Both the position numbers and the translations under genes were made by a program. A DNA stretch of 64,000 nt from an uncultured Chloroflexia bacterium (GTDB lineage: Bacteria; Chloroflexota; Ktedonobacteria; Ktedonobacterales; JADMIN01): assembly GCA_963712005.1 (NCBI GenBank), contig CAVQGK010000024.1, positions 728,600 to 792,599 on the forward strand. Reading direction: 5' to 3'. Positions 1 to 9,608 of this stretch are shown here, in pieces. Position 1 is the stretch's first letter. Each line of letters begins with the position of its first letter. The notes under the pieces were generated by a model. That model ran no database searches, was not told the DNA's origin, and worked only from the letters and a program-made list of their open reading frames with translations.

Positions 1-79
1 AATGTTACTGTAGTCGCTACGATGGCGAACTTGCGGAGAGCAGGTTCGCTTAGACGTCTGCTGCCCTAGAATTGGGCAT

Positions 80-793
80 GTGTCACTGGGATGGACGCCC
101 CTCGTGTACGTGAGAAGATTCATGTCGGACTCATCGGTAAAACGCTTCACCGCGCTTGCTGGCATCGCGAGCGTCATCCTGTACGCATTGGGCGACGCGC
201 TGATCGCCGACTTGCCATCCATCAATGCGTCGGGGCGTACCTTCGCATCCTATGCGGCAGGCCACCAGACCCAGTTGCTAATGTTTGTCTATGTGTGGGG
301 CGCGACAGTCGCGTTCAACCTCGTCTTTCTGACTGGATTGTGGAGCTACCTGCGCCACGACACCAGGGCATCTGAAGTCTTTTCGACGCTAGCGCTTGGC
401 GCGGGGTATATAGTCTGGGCGATTGTACTGGGTGGGCTTATCTTTGTGCTGGAGCTTGGCTACCGGTCCGCCACCCTCGAACACACTACCGCCACGTTGT
501 TGAGCGACATGGCGTTGCTAGCCGCGACACTCTCTGCATTCCCAACAGTCGTCTCGGTCAGCGCGTTCTCCGTGCTGATCCTGCGGACCGGTGCGCTGGC
601 TCGCTGGATTGGCTGGCTGGGCTTCGTCGTCGTGGCCGCGCACCTCGTTGCCGCTGGTGCGTTTGCCCAGGATGGATTTTTCTCGCCCTCCATCGTGAGT
701 GTCTTCGTGGCGCCGCCGCTCTTCTTCATCTGGGTATTCATAGCAAGCCCTGCGCTGTTGTTTGCGCGTTCGCGAAAGGCGCCAGTGGAATAG
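80..793 (+). CDS. integral membrane protein of unknown function (about 6 TM helices)
   Basis: 237-aa ORF that is hydrophobic throughout (LLMFVYVWGATVAFNLVFLTGLW, YIVWAIVLGGLIFVLEL, FVAPPLFFIWVFIASPALLF). GTG start at 80; alternative ATG at 122. Confidence 0.55.
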   Translation: MSLGWTPLVYVRRFMSDSSVKRFTALAGIASVILYALGDALIADLPSINASGRTFASYAAGHQTQLLMFVYVWGATVAFNLVFLTGLWSYLRHDTRASEVFSTLALGAGYIVWAIVLGGLIFVLELGYRSATLEHTTATLLSDMALLAATLSAFPTVVSVSAFSVLILRTGALARWIGWLGFVVVAAHLVAAGAFAQDGFFSPSIVSVFVAPPLFFIWVFIASPALLFARSRKAPVE

Positions 794-819
794 GGCTAGC
801 ACGACAAGAGGCCATTATT

Positions 820-1546
820 TCAGTGTCCCAGAAAGTCGGCGGTGGCATCGAGGAAGCGCTGGCGCTCGCGCAACAGAAAGAAGAGATGGCCACTCGCAAA
901 TGGGAGCAACTTCGAGCTGCGGATGCCGCGCTGCATCTCCTCGGCCAGCGCGAATGGGGCGGTGTTGTCGCGTCTTCCATGCATAGTGAGCGTAGGCGCC
1001 TGTATTTCAGCCAGCCTGGCGGTGCAGTTGAACGAGGTGGATGCGTCTCGCTGGCGCACGAAGGCATAGCGTGGCTGCGGATTTTTACCCTGGAACATCG
1101 GCACGCTGGACAAAAGGCCGAGAACCCGGAAACGCCAGCCGCGTGGATGTACCCGCGCGGACGTGGAGACGAGCGCCAGCTTCTCAACTCGTTCCGGGTG
1201 CGCCAGCGTCAACGCCAGCGCGATGCGTCCGCCCATCGAGATACCGAGGACATTTGCGCGCGATGCCCACGGCATCCATCAGTCCAATGGTATCGCTCGC
1301 CATCATCTCGATGGTATAGGGGATATCAGGCTTATCGGTACGACCCGCGCCACGGTTATCGAATGCCAACACGCGATATCGCTCGGCAAACCAGCGGATG
1401 ATCTGCTCAACCTCGGAAACGTCGATCGCCAGGCCAAGAATCAACACTAACAGCTGACCTTCGCCGCGTAGCTCGTAATACATCTGGATGTCGTTGACCT
1501 GAACCGTCGGCATAGCGCGCTCCGTCACATCGGATCGCTGGCGCAC
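820..1546 (-). pseudogene. alpha/beta-fold hydrolase, split by one frameshift
   Basis: The N-terminal ORF 1184..1546 (VLAFDNRGAGRTDKP) and the C-terminal ORF 820..1275 (NVLGISMGGRIAL nucleophile elbow, GHLFF) are two halves of one hydrolase. The frames switch inside the gcgcgc run near 1253-1264. Confidence 0.75.
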
Positions 1547-1548
1547 CT

Positions 1549-2139
1549 TCAGGCATAGTGTTCAATGCGCCAACCTGATTGCACGGCCCAGTCCTCTGCG
1601 GCCGCCATGATAATGTCACAGACAGGATCCTTTACCTCGTAGTACAGATCCCAGTCGTACGAGTCATTCCGTGCCAGCGCTACCTTCACCTGAGCATAGG
1701 CCTCCGCCGCCAGTAAATGCGTCCGCAGGTAATCGCGGAAGAGCAGCGGATAGCGCCCGTTGGCGTTGCCAGCCCGGCGCACATGGATGTGTGTTGGACG
1801 CATGTCGGCGGGCGGCCGATACATCAGCTTCCGCCAGTTGTGATCGCCGTCTGTCGAAGTTGGCGGCACATGGTCGCGGTCGATCTCCGTGGCACGCGTA
1901 CAGCCAATTCGCGCAATTGCCGGATCGAGCGCCAATGCATCCAGCTCAGCCACGGTGATCTGCACATCGATGATATCCTTCGCCGAGAGTCCTGGCACAG
2001 AGGTGGAACCGATGTGGTCGAGACGCAGCGCCAAATCGCCAAGTGCGCCTCCGAGGCTGGTCGCGATTTGTGCGAACTCCTCTGGCCACTCCGGGCGGTA
2101 GTCTACGATGACGATCTCGCGATTCTTCCTGGCGTTCAA
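1549..2139 (-). CDS. GrpB/UPF0157 family protein
   Basis: 196 aa. IVIVDYRPEWPEEF...HIGSTSVPGLSAKDIIDVQITV is typical of GrpB. Confidence 0.75.
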   Translation of the reverse strand: MNARKNREIVIVDYRPEWPEEFAQIATSLGGALGDLALRLDHIGSTSVPGLSAKDIIDVQITVAELDALALDPAIARIGCTRATEIDRDHVPPTSTDGDHNWRKLMYRPPADMRPTHIHVRRAGNANGRYPLLFRDYLRTHLLAAEAYAQVKVALARNDSYDWDLYYEVKDPVCDIIMAAAEDWAVQSGWRIEHYA

Positions 2140-2164
2140 CTGCCTGCTCCTGCACTAGCGCTTT

Positions 2165-3625
2165 CTACGTGGCGTTACCGCGCCGACGCCTGAGCCATGC
2201 CTGAATCGAGGCTTCGCCGCCCTGAGCCGTCGGCTTGTAATACTCGCGGTCACGCATCTGCTCCGGCAGATAGTCCTGCGGGCGCGCGGGTGGTGGACGC
2301 GACGGATCATCGGGGTCGGGCTGGCCCGCGTAAGTATCGTGCGCGTACTCGTAGCCTTTGCCGTAGTCGAGCTGTTTCATCAGGTCCGTCGGCGCGTTGC
2401 GCAGGTGCAGCGGCACCGGATCATTACGGGTCGCGCGCACGTCCTCCCGCACCGCATCATAGGCGGTGTAGAGCGCGTTGCTCTTGGGGGCGGTCGCCAG
2501 ATGAACGACCGCCTGGGCCAGCGCCAGCGCGCCCTCCGGCATACCAATGAAGTGGACAGCTTGCTGCGCTGCGACACATACCACGAGCGCCTGTGGGTCA
2601 GCCATGCCCACATCTTCACTGGCGAAGCGGATCAGCCGCCGCACGACATAGAGCGGGTCTTCGCCCGCCTCCAGCATGCGCCCAAGCCAGTAGAGCGCAG
2701 CGTCGGGATCCGAGCCACGCAATGACTTGTGCAGCGCCGAGATGAGATTATAGTGCTCTTCGCCCGCTTTGTCATAGAGTAGCGCGCGATGCTGCAACGC
2801 ATCCTCGACGGTTGCCAGAGTGATGTGGCGCGTGCCATCGTCCGTTTCTGAGGCGACACCCGCCGCCAGTTCCAAAGCGTTGAGGGCAGTGCGCGCGTCA
2901 CCATTGGCGTAGGTCGCCAGCGCGTTGAGCGCGTTATCGTCCATCGCGATGGGCTGCGCGCCAAGCCCTCGCCCGGCATCGTGCAACGCTCGATTGAGCA
3001 GCGTCCGAATATCGTCGTCACTCAGCGCACGCAGGGTGAAGACGCGCGAGCGCGAGAGCAGCGCCGCGTTCACCTCGAAGGATGGGTTCTCGGTTGTCGC
3101 GCCAATCAGCGTGACGGTTCCACGCTCGACATGCGGTAGAATGGCGTCTTGCTGCGACTTGGAGAAGCGGTGAATCTCGTCAATGAAAAGAATGGTCCGC
3201 CGACCCGTCGCGCGCAGCAGCTTCGCCGCGTCATCCACCACCCGCCGCAGATCGGCAACGCCCGCCGTCACCGCGCTCAGCGCCACGAAGCGCGCCTGCG
3301 TCGTGTGCGCAATCACGCTGGCGAGCGTCGTCTTGCCGCTGCCTGGTGGCCCCCAGAAGATCATCGAGGGCGTCTGGTCGCGTTCGATGCTGCGACGCAA
3401 GGCGCGTCCTTCCGCCAGGAGGTGCTCCTGCCCCAGAATCTCATCCAGCGTCTGCGGGCGCATCCGCGCGGCGAGCGGGCGCGCGTTTGGTGGGAGATTG
3501 GTCGCCTCAGGCGCGTCGAGCGCGCTTTGTGGGATGGTGGGCTTGCGCAACTGCCTGACTTGCGGCGCGGGTGTCACCTCGCCAAAGAGCGATGCCTGCT
3601 GGCGTGGCTCGTCGGTTCCGCTCAT
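2165..3625 (-). CDS. rarA: replication-associated recombination protein A (AAA+ ATPase RarA/MgsA)
   Basis: Walker [22 protein letters not shown], and MgsA C-terminal motifs ([16 protein letters not shown]). ATG at 3625 is preceded by GGGAGG. The ORF track extends 5 codons further upstream. Confidence 0.9.
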   Translation of the reverse strand: MSGTDEPRQQASLFGEVTPAPQVRQLRKPTIPQSALDAPEATNLPPNARPLAARMRPQTLDEILGQEHLLAEGRALRRSIERDQTPSMIFWGPPGSGKTTLASVIAHTTQARFVALSAVTAGVADLRRVVDDAAKLLRATGRRTILFIDEIHRFSKSQQDAILPHVERGTVTLIGATTENPSFEVNAALLSRSRVFTLRALSDDDIRTLLNRALHDAGRGLGAQPIAMDDNALNALATYANGDARTALNALELAAGVASETDDGTRHITLATVEDALQHRALLYDKAGEEHYNLISALHKSLRGSDPDAALYWLGRMLEAGEDPLYVVRRLIRFASEDVGMADPQALVVCVAAQQAVHFIGMPEGALALAQAVVHLATAPKSNALYTAYDAVREDVRATRNDPVPLHLRNAPTDLMKQLDYGKGYEYAHDTYAGQPDPDDPSRPPPARPQDYLPEQMRDREYYKPTAQGGEASIQAWLRRRRGNAT

Positions 3626-3793
3626 ACACGCCTCCCACATGCTTGAACATACGACCTAGAAAGAGCTTCCCTGCCAGTATAACATGTCGCACGATTGTTG
3701 GAGATATCTGCCTGGACGCACTGGCCGTATGGTGTCATACTATGGCTGGCCTGACACCTTGAGCAACCTGACATCAGAAGGACTCTGGATACT

Positions 3794-4570
3794 ATGGCAC
3801 AGGATCCCAACATACTGCTGACACAGCAGTATCATGACGCATCACGCCTGACCGCACGTGCTACGCTCCATGCACGTTTCAGCACGAATCCGACACGCTG
3901 GTTTTCCTGGCTTTTCGACCGATTTCAGACGCCCGCGAGCAGCGCTGTGCTCGAACTGGGCTGCGGGCCGGGGTGGCTCTGGCTCTCGAATCGCGAGTGC
4001 ATCCCCGCAGATTGGGATATCACGCTCACCGACTTTTCCGAAGGGATGCTGGCAGAGGCCCGGCAAAATATGGCACATGTGCCCCATGCGTTCACCTTCG
4101 CCGTGGCCGATGTGCAGGCGATTCCCTATCCCGACGAAAGCTTCGATATGGTGATCGCCAACCACATGCTCTATCACGCGCCCGATATCCCCGCCGCGCT
4201 GGCAGAGATTCGCCGTGTCTTGAAGGCTGGCGGGCGCTTTTATGCCTCAACACTCGCTGGCGATTACATGCGGGAACTGGAACGGTTTCTGCCTCGCCGC
4301 AGGCCGCCGCATCTCAGTTTCAATCTCGACAATGGCGCAGAACTGCTCGCGGCGCAGTTTGGCAATGTGACGCTCCATCGCTTTGACAACACGCTGGTCG
4401 TGACCGAGGCCGAGCCACTGATTGCCTACATCATCTCAATGACACCTCAGTCTGCCACCGAACTGCACGAGCATATCCACCGTGACGCCGGGCCGCTTGT
4501 CCAGCGCGCGCGCGATGAGTATGGCGAGGTGCGGCTCACCGCCAACGCCGGTCTCTTCGAGGCGTGGTGA
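3794..4570 (+). CDS. class I SAM-dependent methyltransferase
   Basis: 258 aa, with motif I VLELGCGPGWL and FDMVIANHMLYH. Confidence 0.8.
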   Translation: MAQDPNILLTQQYHDASRLTARATLHARFSTNPTRWFSWLFDRFQTPASSAVLELGCGPGWLWLSNRECIPADWDITLTDFSEGMLAEARQNMAHVPHAFTFAVADVQAIPYPDESFDMVIANHMLYHAPDIPAALAEIRRVLKAGGRFYASTLAGDYMRELERFLPRRRPPHLSFNLDNGAELLAAQFGNVTLHRFDNTLVVTEAEPLIAYIISMTPQSATELHEHIHRDAGPLVQRARDEYGEVRLTANAGLFEAW

Positions 4571-4590
4571 GGCATGGTGACGTCGCGCGC

Positions 4591-5301
4591 TCAGATGGTC
4601 ATGATGACGAAGCTGGTGATCACCAGTTTTACCTGGGACGCCTCGATGAAAAGTTGGGCAGGCGAGTTGAGCTCAGGATTGGTGATACCTCCGATAGAGC
4701 CAGCGCCACCGGGAAAGTAGACGGCCCGGTTGCCATAAACATCCAATCGGTAGGTGCGCACATTGCTGCCAATGATCAGTTCCCAGACGCGATCAGTACC
4801 GTCCGCCCCAAGCAGTTGCGACTGCCCATGGTAAGGTAGCGGGCCGAAGCAGGCTGCCTCTGCCGCAAACAACCGGGAACCAGCGGTATCCTGAGCAAGG
4901 AGGCCGAAGTAGTTGTTGCAACTGGTCGTCTTGAAGGTCACATCCACCATGCGCGCCGTCATCAGAATCCGGTAGTTCTTCGCCGTTACGGTATACGGCA
5001 CCGGCAGATTCTCCTGTGTCTGGCCATCGGTGACTAGCGCGCCGTCTTGAATCGACCAGTGAGGCGGCAACTTCCAGGCGCCCGCGCCATGCGACCAATC
5101 CGCCTTAAAGACCACCAGCGGCGTTGCGAGGGGCGTGGGCGTCGCGGAGATGGTCGCTGTGGGAGCGGGGGCCGAGGCGGACTGTCGCGCGGTGGATGTA
5201 GCGCAGCCAGCGAGGGCTATCACTGCACAGGAGACGACTGCAAGAGCGGTCAGACGAGTGCGTCCTCGCGAAGCTGTCTGAACGAGGTAATTGAATAGCA
5301 T
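4591..5301 (-). CDS. lipoprotein, possible LamG/DUF1080-like jelly-roll domain
   Basis: Lipobox ALAGC after a signal peptide (start ATG 5301), a Thr/Ala/Pro linker, then WSHGAGAWKLPPHWSIQDGALVTDG. Confidence 0.5.
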   Translation of the reverse strand: MLFNYLVQTASRGRTRLTALAVVSCAVIALAGCATSTARQSASAPAPTATISATPTPLATPLVVFKADWSHGAGAWKLPPHWSIQDGALVTDGQTQENLPVPYTVTAKNYRILMTARMVDVTFKTTSCNNYFGLLAQDTAGSRLFAAEAACFGPLPYHGQSQLLGADGTDRVWELIIGSNVRTYRLDVYGNRAVYFPGGAGSIGGITNPELNSPAQLFIEASQVKLVITSFVIMTI

Positions 5302-5433
5302 GGAATCCTCATACACGTTGTGCCAGATCGACAGGGGAAAACGCTCCCGTATGAGGACTTCGACGCGCCTGGCCGCCATCAATTTAGAGGCTATTTCAAA
5401 AGTCGGCGGGCGATATTCGCGCAGTGTGAAGCA

Positions 5434-6021
5434 TCAGGCAGTGGGCCAGACACGCCGCCAGATGCCGGGATAATCGACGACGAAGCCATCGTCATCGACC
5501 GGCAGTACCGCCGTGAAGCCGCTATCCAGGCTCTCGTAGCGATAGCGTTGGCCACCGTCTACATCGTCCAGCCGGGTATAGCGCTGCCGGAATGGCCTGA
5601 TACTCAAATCGGGCGCAGCGAAGTAGACGACGTTGATCTCACGCGATTCTCCAGGCGCAAGCTGAAGCCGCCGTATGGGCAGCGTATTGGTGAGCGGCGT
5701 CAGCATGATATCGACATCGATACAGCCCAGGAGCGCCGCAATCGGCTGATCCTTGTCATCGCGCCAGTTGCCCACGCCATCGGCATACAGCCGAATAGCG
5801 CGCTCACCCACTGCTTCGCTCTCGCTGGTCATCTGAAGCTTACGCGCACGCCACTCAGCATCGCAGACCAGAGAGTAAGTGACGCGCAGCGGCTGCCCTT
5901 CCCAGAGGCGAACAACGGCGCCGCTGAACCCAACTCCACCCGTCGGGTCGCGCGTGATCCGCACATCCTCGATGCCCGGCTCGTCCTCTGGTATCCAGAC
6001 TATGCGCATATGGTTCTGCAT
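5434..6021 (-). CDS. putative glycolipid-binding domain protein
   Basis: 195 aa. LTPLTNTLPIRRL...FTAVLPVDDDGFVVDYPGIW resembles the Glycolipid_bind family as I recall it. Confidence 0.55.
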   Translation of the reverse strand: MQNHMRIVWIPEDEPGIEDVRITRDPTGGVGFSGAVVRLWEGQPLRVTYSLVCDAEWRARKLQMTSESEAVGERAIRLYADGVGNWRDDKDQPIAALLGCIDVDIMLTPLTNTLPIRRLQLAPGESREINVVYFAAPDLSIRPFRQRYTRLDDVDGGQRYRYESLDSGFTAVLPVDDDGFVVDYPGIWRRVWPTA

Positions 6022-6039
6022 GCCATCGTCACCTGTGGA

Positions 6040-7348
6040 TTAGTCCGCCAGTTCTACACTATGCGATGGATCTCGCGAGAGCGCTGCCGCCGTTTTATGG
6101 GCATCCTGTCGCCGCCAGAGCCACGCGGCCAGCAACGCCACCGCTAGACATGGCAGGCCAGCGATGACAAACGCCGCCGGAACACCTCGCCGCGCTCGCC
6201 ACACTGCTGACAATCAGATTGCCAATCGGCGTTGTGCCAACAAAGACCATCGTATAGACACTCATCACGCGCCCACGCATCTCTGGCGGGCTAGAAAGCT
6301 GCGTACGTGTATTCGCCGAGGCCGAGAATGAACTCATGGCGAAGCCAGTCGCCGCGATCAGGATCATCGCGACCGGTACCGAGCGCGTCAGCGCCATCGC
6401 CGCCTCCAGCAGCCCGAAGGCAACGGCCATACCCACCAGCATCCGATTCGTCGGAACGCCGCTGCGCCGCGCCAGCATCAGCGCGCCAATGAGCGCGCCA
6501 GCGCCCAGGGCGGAACTGAGCAGCCCAAAGACCACCGCGTCCGACTGCAAGATCACGGTCGCCTCCAGCGGTAACAGCACATTGAAGTTGAAACCCATGC
6601 GTCCCGATAACCGCGATCATCAGGAAGGTGACGCGCAATTTGGGACGCTCCAGCACGAAGCGGATCCCGTCGCCCATCGCCCGCAGCCGCGCCAGACCGT
6701 GCTGTGGCTCGGAATGTGGCACGGCGCCAGATCCGCGACGCGCATCATCGAGCAGGCCACGATCACCGCAATATAGCTCGACCGCGTTGAAGAGGAAGAG
6801 CGCCGACGTCCCCCCCAGCAGGGCGATCAGGCCGCCCGCGAGACCCGGCCCTACAATGCGTGAAGCGTTGAACTGCGCCGAGTTGAGCGAGACAGCATTG
6901 AGCAGATCATCGGCTGGCACCATCTCGCTGACGAAGGCCTGGCGCGTTGGCATATCGACCGCGTTCACCAGGCCGAGCAATGCCGCCAGAACGAAGACCT
7001 GCCACAATTGCACGGCACCTGTCGCCGTCAGCGCCCAGAGGACGAGCGCGAGCACGCCCGAAGCGACCTGCGTGCCGATCAGCACATTACGCCGCGGCCA
7101 GCGATCGGCGATAGCGCCGCCGAATGGCCCCAACACCAGCAACGGACCAAACTGCAGCGCGCCGACGATGCCGAGCGCCAGGGGATCAGACTGAGAGTCA
7201 GCACGAGCCACTGCTGCGCGGTGCCCTGCATGAAGGTGCCAGTGACGGAAATGAGTTGACCGAACCAGAAGAGCCGATAATTGCGAGTAGCGCAAAGCCG
7301 AGAAGATGCCGCTTCGCGCCGCGCCGTCGCGGGCCGGGCTTGAGGCAT
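6040..7348 (-). pseudogene. MFS transporter (EntS/MFS_3-like), at least 3 frameshifts
   Basis: The N-terminus NYRLFWFGQLISVTGTFMQGTAQQWLVL lies in frame 7079..7348. The middle, LGIVGALQFGPLLVLGPFGGAIADRWPRR, lies in frame 6291..7403. TM7-11 lie in frame 6095..6598. The last TM, FVIAGLPCLAVALLAAWLWRR, lies in a further frame ending at TAA 6040-6042. Confidence 0.75.
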
Positions 7349-7471
7349 CCGCGCGCAATGACGGTACTCGCGAAGGAAGGAAGATTTGTTTTACGCGAAC
7401 CACGAAACCGCCTCACAAACTGAGAATAACCTGAAATGAAGATAAGGATGATACCTTCATTGTATCCTTTG

Positions 7472-7489
7472 ATTGACGTTAACGTCAAT
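7472..7489. promoter_or_regulatory. perfect 18-bp palindrome ATTGACGTTAACGTCAAT (operator-like)
   Basis: Read directly from the sequence. It sits about 125 nt upstream of the MFS start, in an AT-richer intergenic region. Confidence 0.4.
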
Positions 7490-7549
7490 GTTTTGGGCAG
7501 ATGCTGGCTGATGACGTGTTAGATGCGCATCATCCATGCATGGAAAAGC

Positions 7550-7580
7550 AAAAAGGCCCCGGAAGGATCCTTCCGGGGCA
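7550..7580 (-). terminator. intrinsic terminator
   Basis: On the minus strand, the GCCCCGGAAGG/CCTTCCGGGGC hairpin is followed by TTTTTGC, directly downstream of the 7616 stop. Confidence 0.8.
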
Positions 7581-7615
7581 TCGCCGCCTGACGGCAGCCA
7601 GATATAAGCAGAGGC

Positions 7616-7804
7616 CTAAGCCAGCTTGAAGTGATCCTTATGGTAATACTGCATGCCCTGACCGAAGACTTTCACAGCCTGGAGATCCTTGAGCATAATT
7701 GGCTCGCCACATCTCTCACAGACACGGCTGGTCAGAAAGTCTTTGTCATCGCGCTGCGCCAGCGAGGCGCGCGCCGTCTTGGAAAGCTCGCCCTTCTTCG
7801 CCAT
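7616..7804 (-). CDS. small hypothetical protein (62 aa) with CxxC...HxxH zinc-ribbon-like spacing
   Basis: The ORF has its own terminator. Motif CERCGEPIM...YYHKDH. Confidence 0.45.
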   Translation of the reverse strand: MAKKGELSKTARASLAQRDDKDFLTSRVCERCGEPIMLKDLQAVKVFGQGMQYYHKDHFKLA

Positions 7805-8204
7805 GGTTTTTGGTACTCCTCAACGGGGAATTGTGTTGTTCGTCATCAAATAGCGCTATGTAATGGCGCATCGGTACACCTCAGTATATCACAGACGGCC
7901 AAACCACCGCCGTTCTTCGCGGCCTGCCCGCAACGCCGGGGCACGGTGTCTTTTGGCACGAATAGTCCGGTTGCACGCATCAAAGGTCGCTCGTCTCGCT
8001 TGCGGAAATTTGAAAAACTGGCATGTTGCGATACTTCCAGGCTGTTCGCGCGTCTATACATCATAGCTCAGCTATGCGATTCCCCGCGTGCATGGCCGGC
8101 AACTCACAGCACATAGTGTTATGCAAGGACATTTCACTGCAGTGCCGGTACGCCCTGGATTGGCGACAGTTAGCCGCACAGGTAGCTTGAAAGCAGGAGG
8201 ATGC

Positions 8205-9553
8205 ATGACAACGCCGCGCCAAGACGGTCCTTCCCCAGCGCATCTTTCCCCGGTCGATTCCCCTTCGCACGAGCACGCGTTTCCAACATCGCACGAGAGT
8301 GAGGCTATCGCGCTCCAACAGGAGCTGGCAGCGTTGCGCACCGCTCACGAGCAGGAATTGTCAGCGCTACGCGAGGAAATGGCAGCACAGATTGTGATGC
8401 TACGCGCAGCCCTGACGGGGACGCAACCCCAGCCAGTAGTGACCTCTCCCAGCAGGAATGCTTTCACATGCGCCAGTGTCATCCGGCGATACTGTTGAAG
8501 AGCAAGACGAGTCTTCCCACGCGTCAAGCCAATGGCACGACGAGTCGGCGGACGCTACTCAAGTGGGGCGGGGTCGGCGCAGCAGCCGCCCTGGCCGCCA
8601 CCGGAGGCGCGCCCTCACCACGCCGACGGCCCATGCCGCCGATGGCGCGTTTCTCACATTGGGCAACGCGACCAACACGGCCGAACATCTGACTGAACTC
8701 ACCTATAATGGCTGCGAAACGTAGCCAACCGCCTTCAAGTGACTATCGCCAACGATGACAGCACAGGCATTTCCGGTCAGGCGGGTAACGCCCCGTCGGG
8801 GAACAACGCCTATGGCGTATACGGCACTGCGGGCACTGGAGTTGGCGCATACGGTGTCGTTGGCCTGCCGGCGTTGATGCCGTCGGCGTGACATGGCATC
8901 GCTGTTGGCAGCGCAACCTCCGTTGGAGTCATGGGTTCAACGGACGCGGGCTTCGGCGTCGTTGCCATGAGTGGTACAGGTATCGATTTCGCCGCACTTG
9001 GCACTGGACGACTACTCCAGAATCTGTCTGGCTTCGTCGGCGCGCCTACCATTGGCTCTTACGTCATCGGCGAGCAGATTCGCGATAACAATGGCGACCT
9101 CTACATCTGCGTTGTCTCTGGTGCGCCGGGCACATGGCACAAGGTGCTCACAGTGAGTTCGGGCAACACTGGGATCATCAGTTTGTTGTCTGCCCCAATT
9201 CGCCTGCTCGATACCCGCACGGGCATCACCCCAAGAGCCCCTGGACCTCTGGCTCGGTGCATACACTTCAGGTGACGGGCGTCTCAATTGGCAGAATCCA
9301 GGTGCCCAACGGCGCGATAGGCGTGGTGGGTAACGTCACCGTGGTACAACCTACTGGGGGCGGCGACCTGCGCCTCTACCCAGCCAGCGCGCCCCTGCCT
9401 GGCACCAGTTCGATCAACTTCGCCAGTGGCCAGATCATCGCCAACGGCGTGATCGTTGGCCTTGACACCAATGGGCAGATGAACTTCAAGGTCGATATGC
9501 CCGCCGATACCGCGATCAATGTCCTCTTCGATGCCAGCGGCTATATCATGTAG
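8205..9553 (+). pseudogene. frameshifted paralog of the 9609..10874 Tat-anchor Gly-rich protein
   Basis: Pieces in ORFs 8088..8498, 8468..8692, 8458..8724, 8931..9275 and 9134..9553 align collinearly with the downstream gene. Shared segments are the coiled coil, SRRTLLKWGGVGAAAALAA, ADGAFLTLGNATNTAEHLTEL, GAPTIGSYVIGEQIRDNNGDLYICV, LLSAPIRLLDTR and VVQPTGGGDLRLYPASAPLPGTSSINFASGQ. ATG at 8205 follows GGAGG. Confidence 0.75.
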
Positions 9554-9608
9554 CCGCCACATCGTCGCTGGATATTGAGGAGTATCAGGCAAGAAGGTGA
9601 GATATCGC

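Noticed and set aside
5320-6147. A 275-aa + strand ORF overlapping the glycolipid-binding gene, and similar long antisense ORFs (17144..18034, 23714..24748, 25354..26436, 26440..27153, 30481..31842, 33300..34412, 34668..35594, 43804..44823, 50783..51640, 62476..63749)
   Set aside because: These are high-GC shadow ORFs lying opposite clearly homologous genes. Their composition is Arg/Ala/Gly/Pro-rich, with no recognisable motifs.
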